From positions 106,784,851 to 106,848,850 of the forward strand of contig NC_068987.1 in the NCBI RefSeq assembly GCF_001194135.2: a stretch of 64,000 nt of DNA, written 5' to 3'. Below the pieces are notes generated by a model. That model did no database searches, was not told where the DNA came from, and was given only the letters and a program-made list of their open reading frames with translations. The translations under genes were made by a program, and so were the position numbers. Positions 1-11,805 of the stretch are shown one piece after another; position 1 is the first letter of the stretch, and the number at the start of each line of letters is the position of its first letter. Source of the DNA: Octopus bimaculoides (taxonomy: Eukaryota).

Positions 1-439
1 TTTCGAGTAAAAACTTCGTTGCAGAAGAGAGAAATATATAAAGTAGATATCCATTGCATTGCCGTATCGAGTACTTGCGTGTGATATTCTACATTCCATG
101 CTGTAAGATGAAAAGTATTTATGGCTCTCTATTGAGTTCCATGTTTTAAGACTGAAAATAGTCCCAAAGAAGCCATTGTATGTAAAAAATAAATAAATAA
201 ATAAAAAAACATAGTTCAATGATTAAGATTCTGCTCGAATTGAATGAATATTAATTGATAATATGAATACAATATCAAACAAGAGCAGTCAGAGAGCGAA
301 TACATCTGCCAAGAAAACACCAGCGTTCTCTCAACGATTAGCTGGAGATGATTTTTAAAATGAGAATATCTGAGATAAACTCAAATGGTCTAGCAAACGA
401 GAATATTAAAAATGAACCCGGCCACTCTCAAAAGTTAAA

Positions 440-624
440 TTTAAAAAAAACAGGGAACATGATACAGAATCTTTATTTGGTACCGGATCGATCTCAAAAT
501 CTAATCGGTTCGTGACAATCACGAGGCCAAGTATCTCTGAAAGTTTCATTCAAATCCATCATGCGGATCTTGAGATATCTTGTCCATGGAGAAAAAAACA
601 AGCTAACAAACACGACTGATAAAC
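440..624 (+). mobile_element. Possible 3' part of a non-autonomous Helitron/Helentron-like (Lep1/HINE-type) element, cut by an N gap
   Basis: AAAGTTTCATTCAAATCCATCATGCGGATCTTGAGATATCTTGTCC followed by an ACAA-type tract (ACAAGCTAACAAACAC) recalls the 'aaatttcatcaaaatccg...ttttgag...acaaac' layout of these elements. The resemblance is by eye only, and the terminus is lost in the gap. Confidence 0.35.
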
Positions 625-934
625 NNNNNNNNNNNNNNNNNNNNNNNNNNNNNNNNNNNNNNNNNNNNNNNNNNNNNNNNNNNNNNNNNNNNNNNNNNNN
701 NNNNNNNNNNNNNNNNNNNNNNNNNNNNNNNNNNNNNNNNNNNNNNNNNNNNNNNNNNNNNNNNNNNNNNNNNNNNNNNNNNNNNNNNNNNNNNNNNNNN
801 NNNNNNNNNNNNNNNNNNNNNNNNNNNNNNNNNNNNNNNNNNNNNNNNNNNNNNNNNNNNNNNNNNNNNNNNNNNNNNNNNNNNNNNNNNNNNNNNNNNN
901 NNNNNNNNNNNNNNNNNNNNNNNNNNNNNNNNNN

Positions 935-966
<32 letters not shown>

Positions 967-2337
967 TATGTGCGTGTGTCAATTTATATATACATTTACA
1001 CACATACCAGCACACACTCGCGAGTGCACACATACACACACAAACAAACAAACACACATATTCGTTATTTCAAGATTTGAAAATCGTGTTTAATTTTTAG
1101 TTCATAATTAATTAAATAGTTCTAAGTTAACATTTTCTAGTTATACTTATTATTAAGTTTTCATTTTTGTGTTTGTTATTTGTCATATTTAATATTCGAT
1201 GAATATTATTACTATGTCGTATAGCACACTGAATTTCTTTAATTAAATTTAGATCAAATCAAGTCTCATGTTTTGAGGTAACAAAATGGCTTCGTAGACA
1301 TATTGGTCTTATTGGACTTACTCAGCCAAAGGTTTATGACGCAGAAGTCATTTTTTGGCATAATTTCTAATATTTTGTTCAATTATTATTTTGGCAAAAT
1401 GTGTATCATGGCATTTTTTCTCAATTGTAATTGCAACGACCTAATTTATATTTATGCATATAATATCTTAACCTAAATTGATTTACTGTTAGTCTGATGT
1501 AATTTATACCATTTTGTTAAATGTACTAGTAATTTGTAACTGATAGAACACAGGGTTCTAAGTTATACAGTTACATACAGTTACATATTGTGGACTTAAT
1601 TTAATTTCTATTCTGGTACTTTGAATTATTAATTTTGTTTTAAATAATTATTGTCGAAATTATAACGCGTGAGAAAGTATACATTATAGCAACTTTTTGG
1701 CTAGGGCCGTTTATGTTCTGAGTTCAAATCACTTCTAGGTCAAATCTAACTTTTATCTTTACGGGATTAATTGAACTAGTGTAACAGTCAAGAAATAGAG
1801 TCAATATAATCGACTGTCCCCGCATCCAAAATATCTATATTAAACTAATGTAAGAAATTGCTTATGGATGTTATGTTAACGCAAAGTCAGAAGCTTAGAT
1901 TACGTAAGTGAATCGTGAAAACGATTCACTTCTGATGATCAAGAGAAAAGTTGCACAAGATGTGGAGTATTTTTCGAACCAAGATATTGGCACTGTAAAC
2001 GTTATGCTTTAGATTATAGGCCTAAGTTATATGAAATTGCAGTAGCATATCCACAACGGAAGCCAATAAAAACAACTGCTTAGGAATTCGAAAGAAAACA
2101 GCTGAATTAGAAGATACAAAGGGAACATTGAAATAGGACGTGCAGTTGCTAAGACTGTCTAAAATTTGCCGACAGCAGGAACCCAACCAAATTAACAGTT
2201 GAGTAATTAAAATTAATAAAAAATATGTGCGTGTGTGTATGTGCGTGTGTGTATGTGCGTGTGTGCATGAGTGTCTAAGTGTGTGCATGTATCTACACAC
2301 TTACACACACGTACATACATGCATACACACTTACAAA

Positions 2338-2425
2338 GCGGAAGCACGTGGCTTAATGATTAGAGGTGTTGCCCTCATGATCGTAAGGATGTGGTTTCAA
2401 TTCCTGGACCGGGACGATAGGTTGT
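2338..2425 (+). mobile_element. SINE-C tRNA-like head, 3'-truncated
   Basis: GCACGTGGCTTAATGATTAG (A-box-like) ... GGTTTCAATTCC (B-box-like); matches the head of the full copy at 48370-48702 (-). Confidence 0.65.
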
Positions 2426-2804
2426 GTTTTCGTTTCGTTTCACTTTTCTCGAGTCTACGCTGACAAAGAACAAATAATCCAGCAACTGACCAGATTCCCG
2501 TCCAAGAAGGTAATATAAACGTTACGGAATTCGGAAAACTGACCTAATCCGCTATTTCTTTTACTTTTGGTTAATCTTGTCGTTATCCACGGGTTTTTGC
2601 TGAACAGCAGGTAAAGATATTTTATTCATAATAATTAGACTATTGTGCTGTCCATTAGCTTACTGCCAACATAGAATAAACATAGCCTGTACATGGCGAC
2701 GGTGTGTAATGGGTCAGGATTTCGCAGTGATCACAATAAGAAATACATTAAACATTTATCCACACGCTTTGTCATATATGTGTGTGTGATTTGCCGAACC
2801 ATTT

Positions 2805-3776
2805 GCCGTAAAATCGCGGAACACCGTGGGATCCCTATTTATGTAGTTAATAGGGTGATTGTGAAATTCACCGGAGAGTAGAATTCTACATCACCTTGCC
2901 CAGGTGAATCACAACTCTTTGACAAGACCCATTGCTTTGCAGAACAAAGTGATGTCAGACCCAGAACAGCTGTCATGTATCTCCACAAACTCGTTTACTA
3001 TGGCAGAGCAGCAAGACGGAAGTCACTTCTTCAACTAGCCAATATCAAGTGTAGAGAAGATTGGGCCTGTGAGATGATGGTTTGACCGCTAGCATTTTGG
3101 GACACTATCATATTCTCTGATGAGTCCGGATTTGCTGTATTTTCTGACAGCGGTCAAATGTAGGTTTGGAGACTCTGTGATCAAAAATTTGATGTGAAAA
3201 GATTGCTGCCAACAATGAAACAAGGCAGCATGTCTGTGATAGCCTGGTCAGCAATATGGAGCAATGGCCAATCAGAGCTGGTGGTGTGTGACGGAAACAT
3301 AAACTCAGATAAATATGTGTCCATATTGCAGAAAGGACTCTTTCCAATTGTCTCCATTAGTGAAATGATTAAAAAAGACTTTTATTTACAAAAGATGGCG
3401 CTCCTTGTCACGCGGCAAAAAGATCGAAGATTGTCTGGAAAAGAATGACATTGAATAACTACCATTTCCTTCTTTTAAGACTCAGGGGCTTAAGAGACAG
3501 GGCACTTCGTAAAAAGACCGAGGAATCATCCTCAAAGCCGGATCTTTTGAGATTACTGCATGAAACGTGACAAGAAATTCCCCAAGAGCACATTTGTCAT
3601 CTGATCAGTAGCATGCCTTACAGGATCTTGGCATTGAAAAATGCAAATGGCATGTCTACTAAATATTAGATACTTACATTATAATAATTAATAAATAATT
3701 CGAATATATAATATCAGATTTAAGTAAATTCGAATCTTTATAAGGGTGTCTAATTATTTCTGTCATGCCTGTGTAC
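2805..3776 (+). mobile_element. Degenerate Tc1-family transposon (transposase pseudogene)
   Basis: One frame, with internal stops, reads RKIAEHRGIPIYVVNRVIVKF, then YYGRAARRKSLL..N...EDWA, then WDTIIFSDESGF (3098), then KQGSMSVIAWSAIW..GQSELVVCDGNINSDKYVSIL. After a frameshift come DGAPCHAAK (3394) and HLISSMPYRILALKNANGMSTKY* (ends 3669). The SPDLNPIE segment appears deleted. A candidate right end reads ...TTATTTCTGTCATGCCTGTGTA; no left TIR was found. Confidence 0.9.
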
Positions 3777-4206
3777 ATATGTATGTATATATATATATAN
3801 NNNNNNNNNNNNNNNNNNNNNNNNNNNNNNNNNNNNNNNNNNNNNNNNNNNNNNNNNNNNNNNNNNNNNNNNNNNNNNNNNNNNNNNNNNNNNNNNNNNN
3901 NNNNNNNNNNNNNNNNNNNNNNNNNNNNNNNNNNNNNNNNNNNNNNNNNNNNNNNNNNNNNNNNNNNNNNNNNNNNNNNNNNNNNNNNNNNNNNNNNNNN
4001 NNNNNNNNNNNNNNNNNNNNNNNNNNNNNNNNNNNNNNNNNNNNNNNNNNNNNNNNNNNNNNNNNNNNNNNNNNNNNNNNNNNNNNNNNNNNNNNNNNNN
4101 NNNNNNNNNNNNNNNNNNNNNNNNNNNNNNNNNNNNNNNNNNNNNNNNNNNNNNNNNNNNNNNNNNNNNNNNNNNNNNNNNNNNNNNNNNNNNNNNNNNN
4201 NNNNNN

Positions 4207-4269
<63 letters not shown>

Positions 4270-4380
4270 AAACTCCCCAATCACATATAGAAACATTTAA
4301 TGAGTAAATACACTAAAAATACCTATAGTAAAAATCAAAAACGTACAAAGTAATAAATATTAAAATAGTAAATATACATA

Positions 4381-4505
4381 CCAACCACATGATTCCGGGT
4401 TCAGTCCCACTGCGTAACAACATGGGCAAGTGCCTTCAGCATAGCCTTGGTGAAATCAAAGCCTTGTCAGTGGATTCGGTAGACAGAAACTGAAAGTAGT
4501 CCATC

Positions 4506-4510
<5 letters not shown>
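4381..4510 (+). mobile_element. SINE-A 5' half (tRNA-derived, CORE-SINE-like; possibly the Octopus OR1/OR2 type)
   Basis: CCAACCACATGATTCCGGGTTCAGTCCCACTGCG..GGGCAAGTGCCTT..GTGGATTCGGTAGACAGAAACTGAAAG then (TA)n; the same unit as 11637-11805, 18338-18481 and 42435-42817. The family name is tentative. Confidence 0.85.
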
Positions 4511-4549
<39 letters not shown>

Positions 4550-5094
4550 GTTTATGCACACATATATACATACATGCACACGCGCTTATACTTACAGTCA
4601 CATGAATTCATGCTTGTACACCGATATAGAATATGTACCTGCGCACACTTTAGGGCGTCGCTAATACAGTAATTACTACACAGCACAGCGCACTCTGCAT
4701 TAAGCAATAATACTCAGCTCCCTCAAAGACTCTCTTCATTTTCGTGGTCTTCTACATTTGCAAACAATAACCATGTTATCGATGAATAAATTTATGGTCA
4801 TGTCATCTTTTCACTGAATTCAATAACGCCATTATACAATTGGTGCTTCACATCAATATTTCCTCGTTTAACATTATAAATAACCTTCGACTATCAACAT
4901 TCTGCACAAGATTCCCTGTTAGTACAAGCGCTTATACTATGTAATTATATAAATATAGACATGTGTAACCACACAAAAACGCAGACAGTATCAGAAAATC
5001 TCATATAAAACCGATAGGCGAACGCCACTAACTTAATGGACAGGTGAATGTTTATATGTGTTTATGTATGTCACTGTATATATCTATGTATGCC

Positions 5095-5177
<83 letters not shown>

Positions 5178-5582
5178 CGACGGTAACAACGGCAATAACA
5201 AATAACAATAGAACTTGGTTTTCGTCACCTGTTTACTGCTTGTTTCGTGTTGCTGCTTTCCGAAGTAACTATTCACTCTTAAACAATCCAAGCGTTAACA
5301 TTTGTATCTATATAGTAATTAGACTGTTCTCACAATCGCCAGAACGTTGGTTCGATGCAATGACTGGGCAGCGCGATGTGGTTTTGAGCAAAATGCTCCA
5401 TTTCACATGCTTCGATTGTTAGCCTGATTGCCTAGCCATCGGAGTAGCATTTTTGTGATGAGCGATGTGTAACAACATCTGATAGCCTTGTCAGGCACCT
5501 GATTAGGATCTGCTCAGTTTGGCTAACAGATATTTCAATTAATTTTTTTAAAAAAATAAACAGTTTCAAACTTCGTATAATG

Positions 5583-5740
5583 GTGTCGCACTCTGTGTCA
5601 CGCTGAATCTCCCCAATAACTACATTAAGGGTACACGTGTCTGTGGAATGCTCAGCCGCTTGCACGTTAATTTCACAAGCATACTATTCTTTTGATCGGA
5701 CCAACTAGAATACTCGTCACCGTAACCAACGGAGAGCCAC
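5583..5740 (+). mobile_element. SINE-C 3' half
   Basis: CACTCTGTGTCACGCTGAATCTCCC..AAGGGTACACGTGTCTGTGGAATGCTCAGCC..GCACGTTAATTTCAC is the reverse complement of 48381-48540. Confidence 0.85.
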
Positions 5741-6473
5741 GTTCATTCTTTAATCATGTGGAGGTGCAAAGGCTAAGTAAAGAAATAAGCAAAAGTGACT
5801 TCGATATATANNNNNNNNNNNNNNNNNNNNNNNNNNNNNNNNNNNNNNNNNNNNNNNNNNNNNNNNNNNNNNNNNNNNNNNNNNNNNNNNNNNNNNNNNN
5901 NNNNNNNNNNNNNNNNNNNNNNNNNNNNNNNNNNNNNNNNNNNNNNNNNNNNNNNNNNNNNNNNNNNNNNNNNNNNNNNNNNNNNNNNNNNNNNNNNNNN
6001 NNNNNNNNNNNNNNNNNNNNNNNNNNNNNNNNNNNNNNNNNNNNNNNNNNNNNNNNNNNNNNNNNNNNNNNNNNNNNNNNNNNNNNNNNNNNNNNNNNNN
6101 NNNNNNNNNNNNNNNNNNNNNNNNNNNNNNNNNNNNNNNNNNNNNNNNNNNNNNNNNNNNNNNNNNNNNNNNNNNNNNNNNNNNNNNNNNNNNNNNNNNN
6201 NNNNNNNNNNNNNNNNNNNNNNNNNNNNNNNNNNNNNNNNNNNNNNNNNNNNNNNNNNNNNNNNNNNNNNNNNNNNNNNNNNNNNNNNNNNNNNNNNNNN
6301 NNNNNNNNNNNNNNNNNNNNNNNNNNNNNNNNNNNNNNNNNNNNNNNNNNNNNNNNNNNNNNNNNNNNNNNNNNNNNNNNNNNNNNNNNNNNNNNNNNNN
6401 NNNNNNNNNNNNNNNNNNNNNNNNNNNNNNNNNNNNNNNNNNNNNNNNNNNNNNNNNNNNNNNNNNNNNNNNN

Positions 6474-6666
6474 AATATTCCCGGAGTATACATTTACAAT
6501 GAAGACACTTAGGATATTGTATTTCACCATTTTACCGTCGCATTAAGTATATGTAAAGCTGGCATAAATCTATGTCTGTCTGTCTGTCTCTCTTTATATA
6601 TATGTGTGTGTATGTGTGTGTATGTGTGTATGTATGTATATACACAAATATATATGTATATAGGTG

Positions 6667-6709
<43 letters not shown>

Positions 6710-7108
6710 NNNNNNNNNNCTACGTCTGTGTATTTGTATGAAGCGCATTTTGACAGTTGAATATCAGTTACAAAATTGTCCACCTACCTGAGAGACCTTA
6801 CAACATGCAATCAAGCAATATGCACTGGTAATTAGGGATATACATCAATTACCGATTAAGCCAATGTTTAAACATAGATTATTAAGGTAAGCCATACGCA
6901 GACTGATAGAAATAAAATATTCCCGGAGTATACATTTACAATGAAGACACTTAGGATATTGTATTTCACCATTTTACCGTCGCATTAAGTATATGTAAAG
7001 CTGGCGTAAATCTATGTCTGTCTGTCTGTCTCTCTTTATATATATGTGTGTGTATGTGTGTGTATGTGTGTATGTATGTATATACACAAATATATATGTA
7101 TATAGGTG

Positions 7109-7151
<43 letters not shown>
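6474..7151. repeat. Near-identical ~236-bp direct duplication (6474-6709 and 6916-~7151, offset 442)
   Basis: The copies match base for base, including the microsatellite tract. The only difference I saw was CTGGCATAAA versus CTGGCGTAAA. The first copy sits between two N gaps. Confidence 0.9.
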
Positions 7152-7190
<39 letters not shown>

Positions 7191-7916
7191 CCTATCTATC
7201 GACTTATATGCGAACTCCACCTTAGTCAGAATACATTTGTGACCTATTTCATCTCTCGAAGGTAAATTCACTGCATTTACCTCCGAGAAAAATTTCTCGC
7301 GTGTTGTAAAATGGGTGAAATCATGATCTCTGTCTACTGACACTCCCTATCGGATTCCCAGAGGCGTTTCTAGCTATTTGGCTGTTATCAATGAAAATAT
7401 ACCGAAGAGAGTTAATTCTGTTTAGATTTTAAATCCGCAGCTTTAACTAAAACGCTGCTCCCAACCGTGACTGTGTAGCACTATGAAGCCGCCATTTCGG
7501 AAGAAAACCAACAGTATCACCATCAAACAGTGTGTATGTACCTTGAGTCAATAAAGAAAAATTATGTACCTTGAGTTAGTTGAAATGTATTCATAACTTA
7601 ATTCAACATCTGAAGGCAAATTCAGTCATCGTGGAAAACTTCTCTCCAATTCTCTCCAGAAGTGTTAAAAATTCTCTCCAGAAGTGTTAAAACATCATAT
7701 CTTCCAAGTACTTCCCCCTGTTGGATTCCCAGATGCCTTAGTAGCTCGTTAGCCGAGGTCAATGGGAAATACCGAGCAGCTTTTAAAACGGAAGGGTATG
7801 GTATTTGAATAAATCCATTACACAATTTAGAAGCCACTACTATACGTTTTGAGAGGCAGGTGCATTTTCAACACTTAGGACAAATTCTCCTTTACTTTCT
7901 CCTGCGTGGGAATACG

Positions 7917-7948
<32 letters not shown>

Positions 7949-9436
7949 CACACACATAGACACACACACACGAACACACGCACAAACTCACACACACACG
8001 GATACATTGTTCGTGCGTTGATGCTTGAATGCGTATCTATAAATATATGTGTGTGTGTATTTGTGTGTATATGTCAGGGAGAAAGGGAGACAGAGAGATA
8101 TAGAGGGGGAGTGAGCAAGAGAGAGAGAGACGGAGAGACGGAAATACAGAAGAAGGGAGAATGTGTATGTAAATCACGCTTCCTCAAATTTACCTGCTTC
8201 CAATCACATGACATAGGTTACTGTAGAAACATCTCACTCATTGGCTTCCGTACCATTAAGTCGACGACTCAAGACTAATTGACAGAAATGTTGTTATAGA
8301 CTAAAACTGTTTTGACGTTAAGAGTATTTAGTCTTGACTAAACTTTCCAATTTGTCGTAAAACTGAAATGCGATGACAAAGTATTTCCATGAGATTTAGG
8401 CTTTCCGTAATACTAAAGAACCTATTATGCGTAGAGTAGGCACAATTTATCTGCTGTGTAATAAACATTTAACTGTCAGTTAAATGTAACAAAATGCAAT
8501 GGTAAGGATATTTGTTAAGCGATTCCAAAATTGCGTTCTATGGTCTATGTTCGAGATGGAGCACTAGACAAGACATGTTACTTTATAGGTTGGACATTGG
8601 TGAAACAGCAGGACAATGTCCCATTACAGAGTTGGTACTTACGGGAGAGAATTGACAAATATTGAATTGGCTGAAAATCTCACGTACTCGTCTAAATCCT
8701 AAGCGTGATTTTAACATATACATTTATGCTGAAAAATACATATTACCATACAGAGAACTTTCGTTAACGGAAGGACAATATTCAATCTATCTATCGTTCT
8801 ACTAAGTGATATGCGCTCGATATCCTGCAGTTAATCGAGATATCAAAACATGTTTAACGTTATTTTAATCATAGTTAACAAAGATAGAAGTCGCCGCGGA
8901 TTACCTATCTCCTACGAGTTTCCTTTGCCAAATATAACTATTACGTACATCCTACTTCTTAAATACATTTACGTTTCCACGATTCTCATAAATCTGTAAG
9001 ATATTCGTATCATTATTTTAAATTTCTTTAAAACTAACTACGGATTTAGAAGACGCGTTTCTAACTTTCCAACAACTAGAAAACCATTAAGTGATGCAGC
9101 CTCACACTAAAATAAATTTTTGTAGCTAGAACTACATTAAAATGAAGCTATTGAGAGTAATTATCGCGTTTAATCCAACGTATACACATTCCCCAATCAT
9201 TCCTTACCTGCTCCTTTCAACTGCTAAGCACAGATAACTCAATCTCTTCAAAAATTCTACATTCAAAATAGCAGGAAGGAAACGAACTCATTATGGCTCT
9301 CAAAGGAAAGAAATATCTAACTCCAACCATTCTAGTAGATCCCTCTCCCTATCGAATTCGGGCTACAAGACACGTTAAATCAACAGCAAAAGGTTCAGTA
9401 GTTAAATCGAAGTAGAAATTTAAACTTGATATTAGT

Positions 9437-9600
9437 AAGGCAGCAAGCTGGCCGAATAGTTGGAACGCCAAGAAAAATGCTCAATCTCATTTCGTCCGAC
9501 TTAACCCTGAAAGATTACATTCCACCAAGGTCTACCTTGTTTTCCCTTTCCGGATCGATAAAATAAGTATCAGTTGACCACTGGGGTCTTCCTGAAATTG
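9437..9600 (+). mobile_element. SINE-B, diverged
   Basis: GGCAGCAAGCTGGCCGAATAGTT..AAAATGCT..GATCGATAAAATAAGTATCAGTTGACCACTGGGGTC; homologous to 38231-38466. Confidence 0.75.
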
Positions 9601-9834
9601 CTTGCCTCGTGCCAAAATTTTAAATCAATATTAATTGGCAGTAAGAAGATAAGACTTGTCGAGATATCTTATTAGATAAATTTCAAAAAGAAATATCGAG
9701 AATTTAAACATTGAAACCGCAATTAAACTTTAATGCACGTATCAAACAAGTATATGTGGGTTTCATTAGCTGTGAATAAAAGCATTTTAGTAGTTTTTGC
9801 TAACTGAAGTGGCTTTTGCTAACAGCATGTTAAG

Positions 9835-10162
9835 AATTGGTATTCCGTCTGTTACTACGACGAGGGTCCCAAATGATCTGATGAACGGAACGGCTTCCTC
9901 ATGAAGTTAACGTGCAAGTGGCCGAGTATGCCACAGACCCGCGTACCCTTAACGTAGTTCTCAGGGAGATTCAGTGTGATATAGAATGTGACAAGGTTGG
10001 CCCTTTGAAATACAGGTACTGGTCACTTTTGGCTGCTGAGTGAACTGGAGCAACGTGAAATAAAGTGTCTTGCTCAACGACACAACGCGCCGCTGGGGAT
10101 CGAACTCACACCCTGACATTCGTGAGCTGAATACTCCTAACCATTAAATCACTTGCCTTTAC
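9835..10162 (-). mobile_element. SINE-C, full length
   Basis: Colinear along its whole length with 48370-48702 (ACGACGAGGGTCCC..TTAACGTGCAAGTGG..GGCCCTTTGAAATACAGGTAC..GGAGCAACGTGAAATAAAGTGTCTTGCTCA). Confidence 0.9.
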
Positions 10163-10209
10163 TCTAATAGATATATAATCGCAATAATTTGTTATAATTT
10201 TTACACATT

Positions 10210-10400
10210 GGGATCGAAGTAATCGACTTAATCCCTTTATCTGTCCTTGTTTGTCCCCTCTATGTTTAGCCCCCTGTAAGCAATAAAGAAGTAAATAATT
10301 CGTTATATTTTAGATGCACCTCGTCTGTCTTTACGTTCTGAGTTCAAATTCCACCGCGGGCAACTTTGCTTTTCATCCTTTGGGGGTCGATAAATTAACT
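10210..10400 (+). mobile_element. Two SINE-B fragments (tail 10210-10292; body 10320-10400)
   Basis: GTAATCGACTTAATCCCTTTATCTGTCCTTGTTTGTCCCCTCTATGTTTAGCCCC and TTACGTTCTGAGTTCAAATTCCACC..TTTCATCCTTTGGGGGTCGATAAATT match 38231-38466. Confidence 0.8.
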
Positions 10401-11066
10401 AGTCCTCTCTCCAAAGATATTTTTGATGGATTCATTTACTTACAAGCATACTTCTTCAGCTGGTTCGAAAATGGTGACTGAATCTCAAATAGGAAGATAG
10501 CTCAAAAGTGAAGGACAATAACAAAGTATATACAACATAAAAATTATAACGTAGGACTAAAATGTATTCATACATTTCCCATACAAAATTTTACTCGTAA
10601 ATGTTTTCTATGGAAAATAGTCTCATTTTTTAAAGTCAAAATTCTGTAATTATTTACGAAATTACTCTAAATAAATAAGTTTTATAAGCAGTGAATTCAT
10701 AGCAATATCTGCTATAGTGCATGCAGGCATTGATTATTTTCAGTTTTACTGTCTGGATCTAGAAACATATATTTGAAAAGTCATGTAGTTTTACGAAGCA
10801 TATGTCCGTATTTACATCTACTCTAAATTCACTGGCTTGGGTGCCGGTTTTGGAGGTGACAACATCCAAAGCAACAGCTACATATACGCCAACACGTCGA
10901 ATATATATGCACACACATATACAAATACACAGACACATAAATATACATACATATACATATACATACATACATATATGTATATCTCACATCTATTTTCGTT
11001 CCTCGAATTCACTCTCTATTTCGTATCTTATCTAAATTAATTATTGCTTAACCGTCTTCTCACACC

Positions 11067-11114
11067 GTCTCCGATGAAGAGATATAATAAATATCCTGGA
11101 AACAGCGGTAAGAC
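11067..11114 (+). ncRNA. Degenerate type I hammerhead ribozyme motif
   Basis: GTCT-CCGATGA-[AGAGATATAATAAATATCCTG hairpin]-GAA-ACAGCGGT-A-AGAC. Stem I is GTCT/AGAC and stem III is one base from the palindrome ACAGCTGT. The core has C instead of U at position 4. Confidence 0.55.
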
Positions 11115-11185
11115 CTTCTATATATATGTTCTAAAATCTACTACACAGCCTTGTTTTTTTTTTTTATCTCATTGCGAAAAGCAAA

Positions 11186-11217
<32 letters not shown>

Positions 11218-11312
11218 TGATAGTAATGGTAAGACAACAAAAGACTGAAAGAGACTTCGATATTATGTAAAAAGAGGAAGTTATCTGTAAATATATTATG
11301 TGACAATTATTC

Positions 11313-11390
11313 GGTAGCCATGATAAAACTCCAACTTTCGGATGTCGGGGCGGAAATCCGCACCGGCATCTCGTCAGTTATCGGGCCACC
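11313..11390 (-). ncRNA. Type I hammerhead ribozyme (near-complete fold)
   Basis: Minus strand: GGTGGCC-C-GATAA-CTGACGA-GATGCCGGTGCGGATTTCCGCCCCGACATCC-GAA-AGTTGGAGT-T-TTATC-AT-GGCTACC. The CUGACGA and GAAA cores are intact. Stem I is 5 bp + a 1x2 internal loop + 7 bp, stem II is a long hairpin, and UH = UU. Stem III has one G.G mismatch. Confidence 0.75.
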
Positions 11391-11555
11391 AAAAAAGGCT
11401 ATGAGAATGATCGTTAAACGATGGGAAATTACTATGTGATTGGCCGTTATTAAGACAAAAGAGCTATTAGAATGACTGTTAAATGAGGGGAGAGAATAAA
11501 AGGTAAAGGAGTAAAAATACTCATAGCATAAAATACTCACATATATAAAATACTC

Positions 11556-11636
<81 letters not shown>

Positions 11637-11639
<3 letters not shown>

Positions 11640-11805
11640 GATGGGCTTCTTTCAGTTTCCGTCTTCCAAATCCACTCACAAGTCTTTGGTCAGCCCGAGG
11701 CTATAGTAGAAGACACTTGCCCAAGATCCCACGCAGTGTGAATAAAATCGGAACCATGTGGTTGGTATGTAAACTATTTACCACAAAGCCACTCCTGCGC
11801 CTGTA
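11637..11805 (-). mobile_element. SINE-A 5' half
   Basis: The reverse complement begins TACAGGCGCAGGAGTGGCTTTGTGGTAAATAG and runs to GGAAACTGAAAGAAGCCCATCGTAT, then (AT)n. Confidence 0.9.

Noticed and set aside
3115-3135. CTGATGA followed by GTCCGGAT
   Set aside because: It encodes the FSDES motif of the Tc1 transposase, and no GAAA or stems follow.
7622-7837. 71-aa minus-strand ORF with protein-like composition
   Set aside because: No recognisable domain, no supportable splice context, and it contains a 22-bp tandem duplication.
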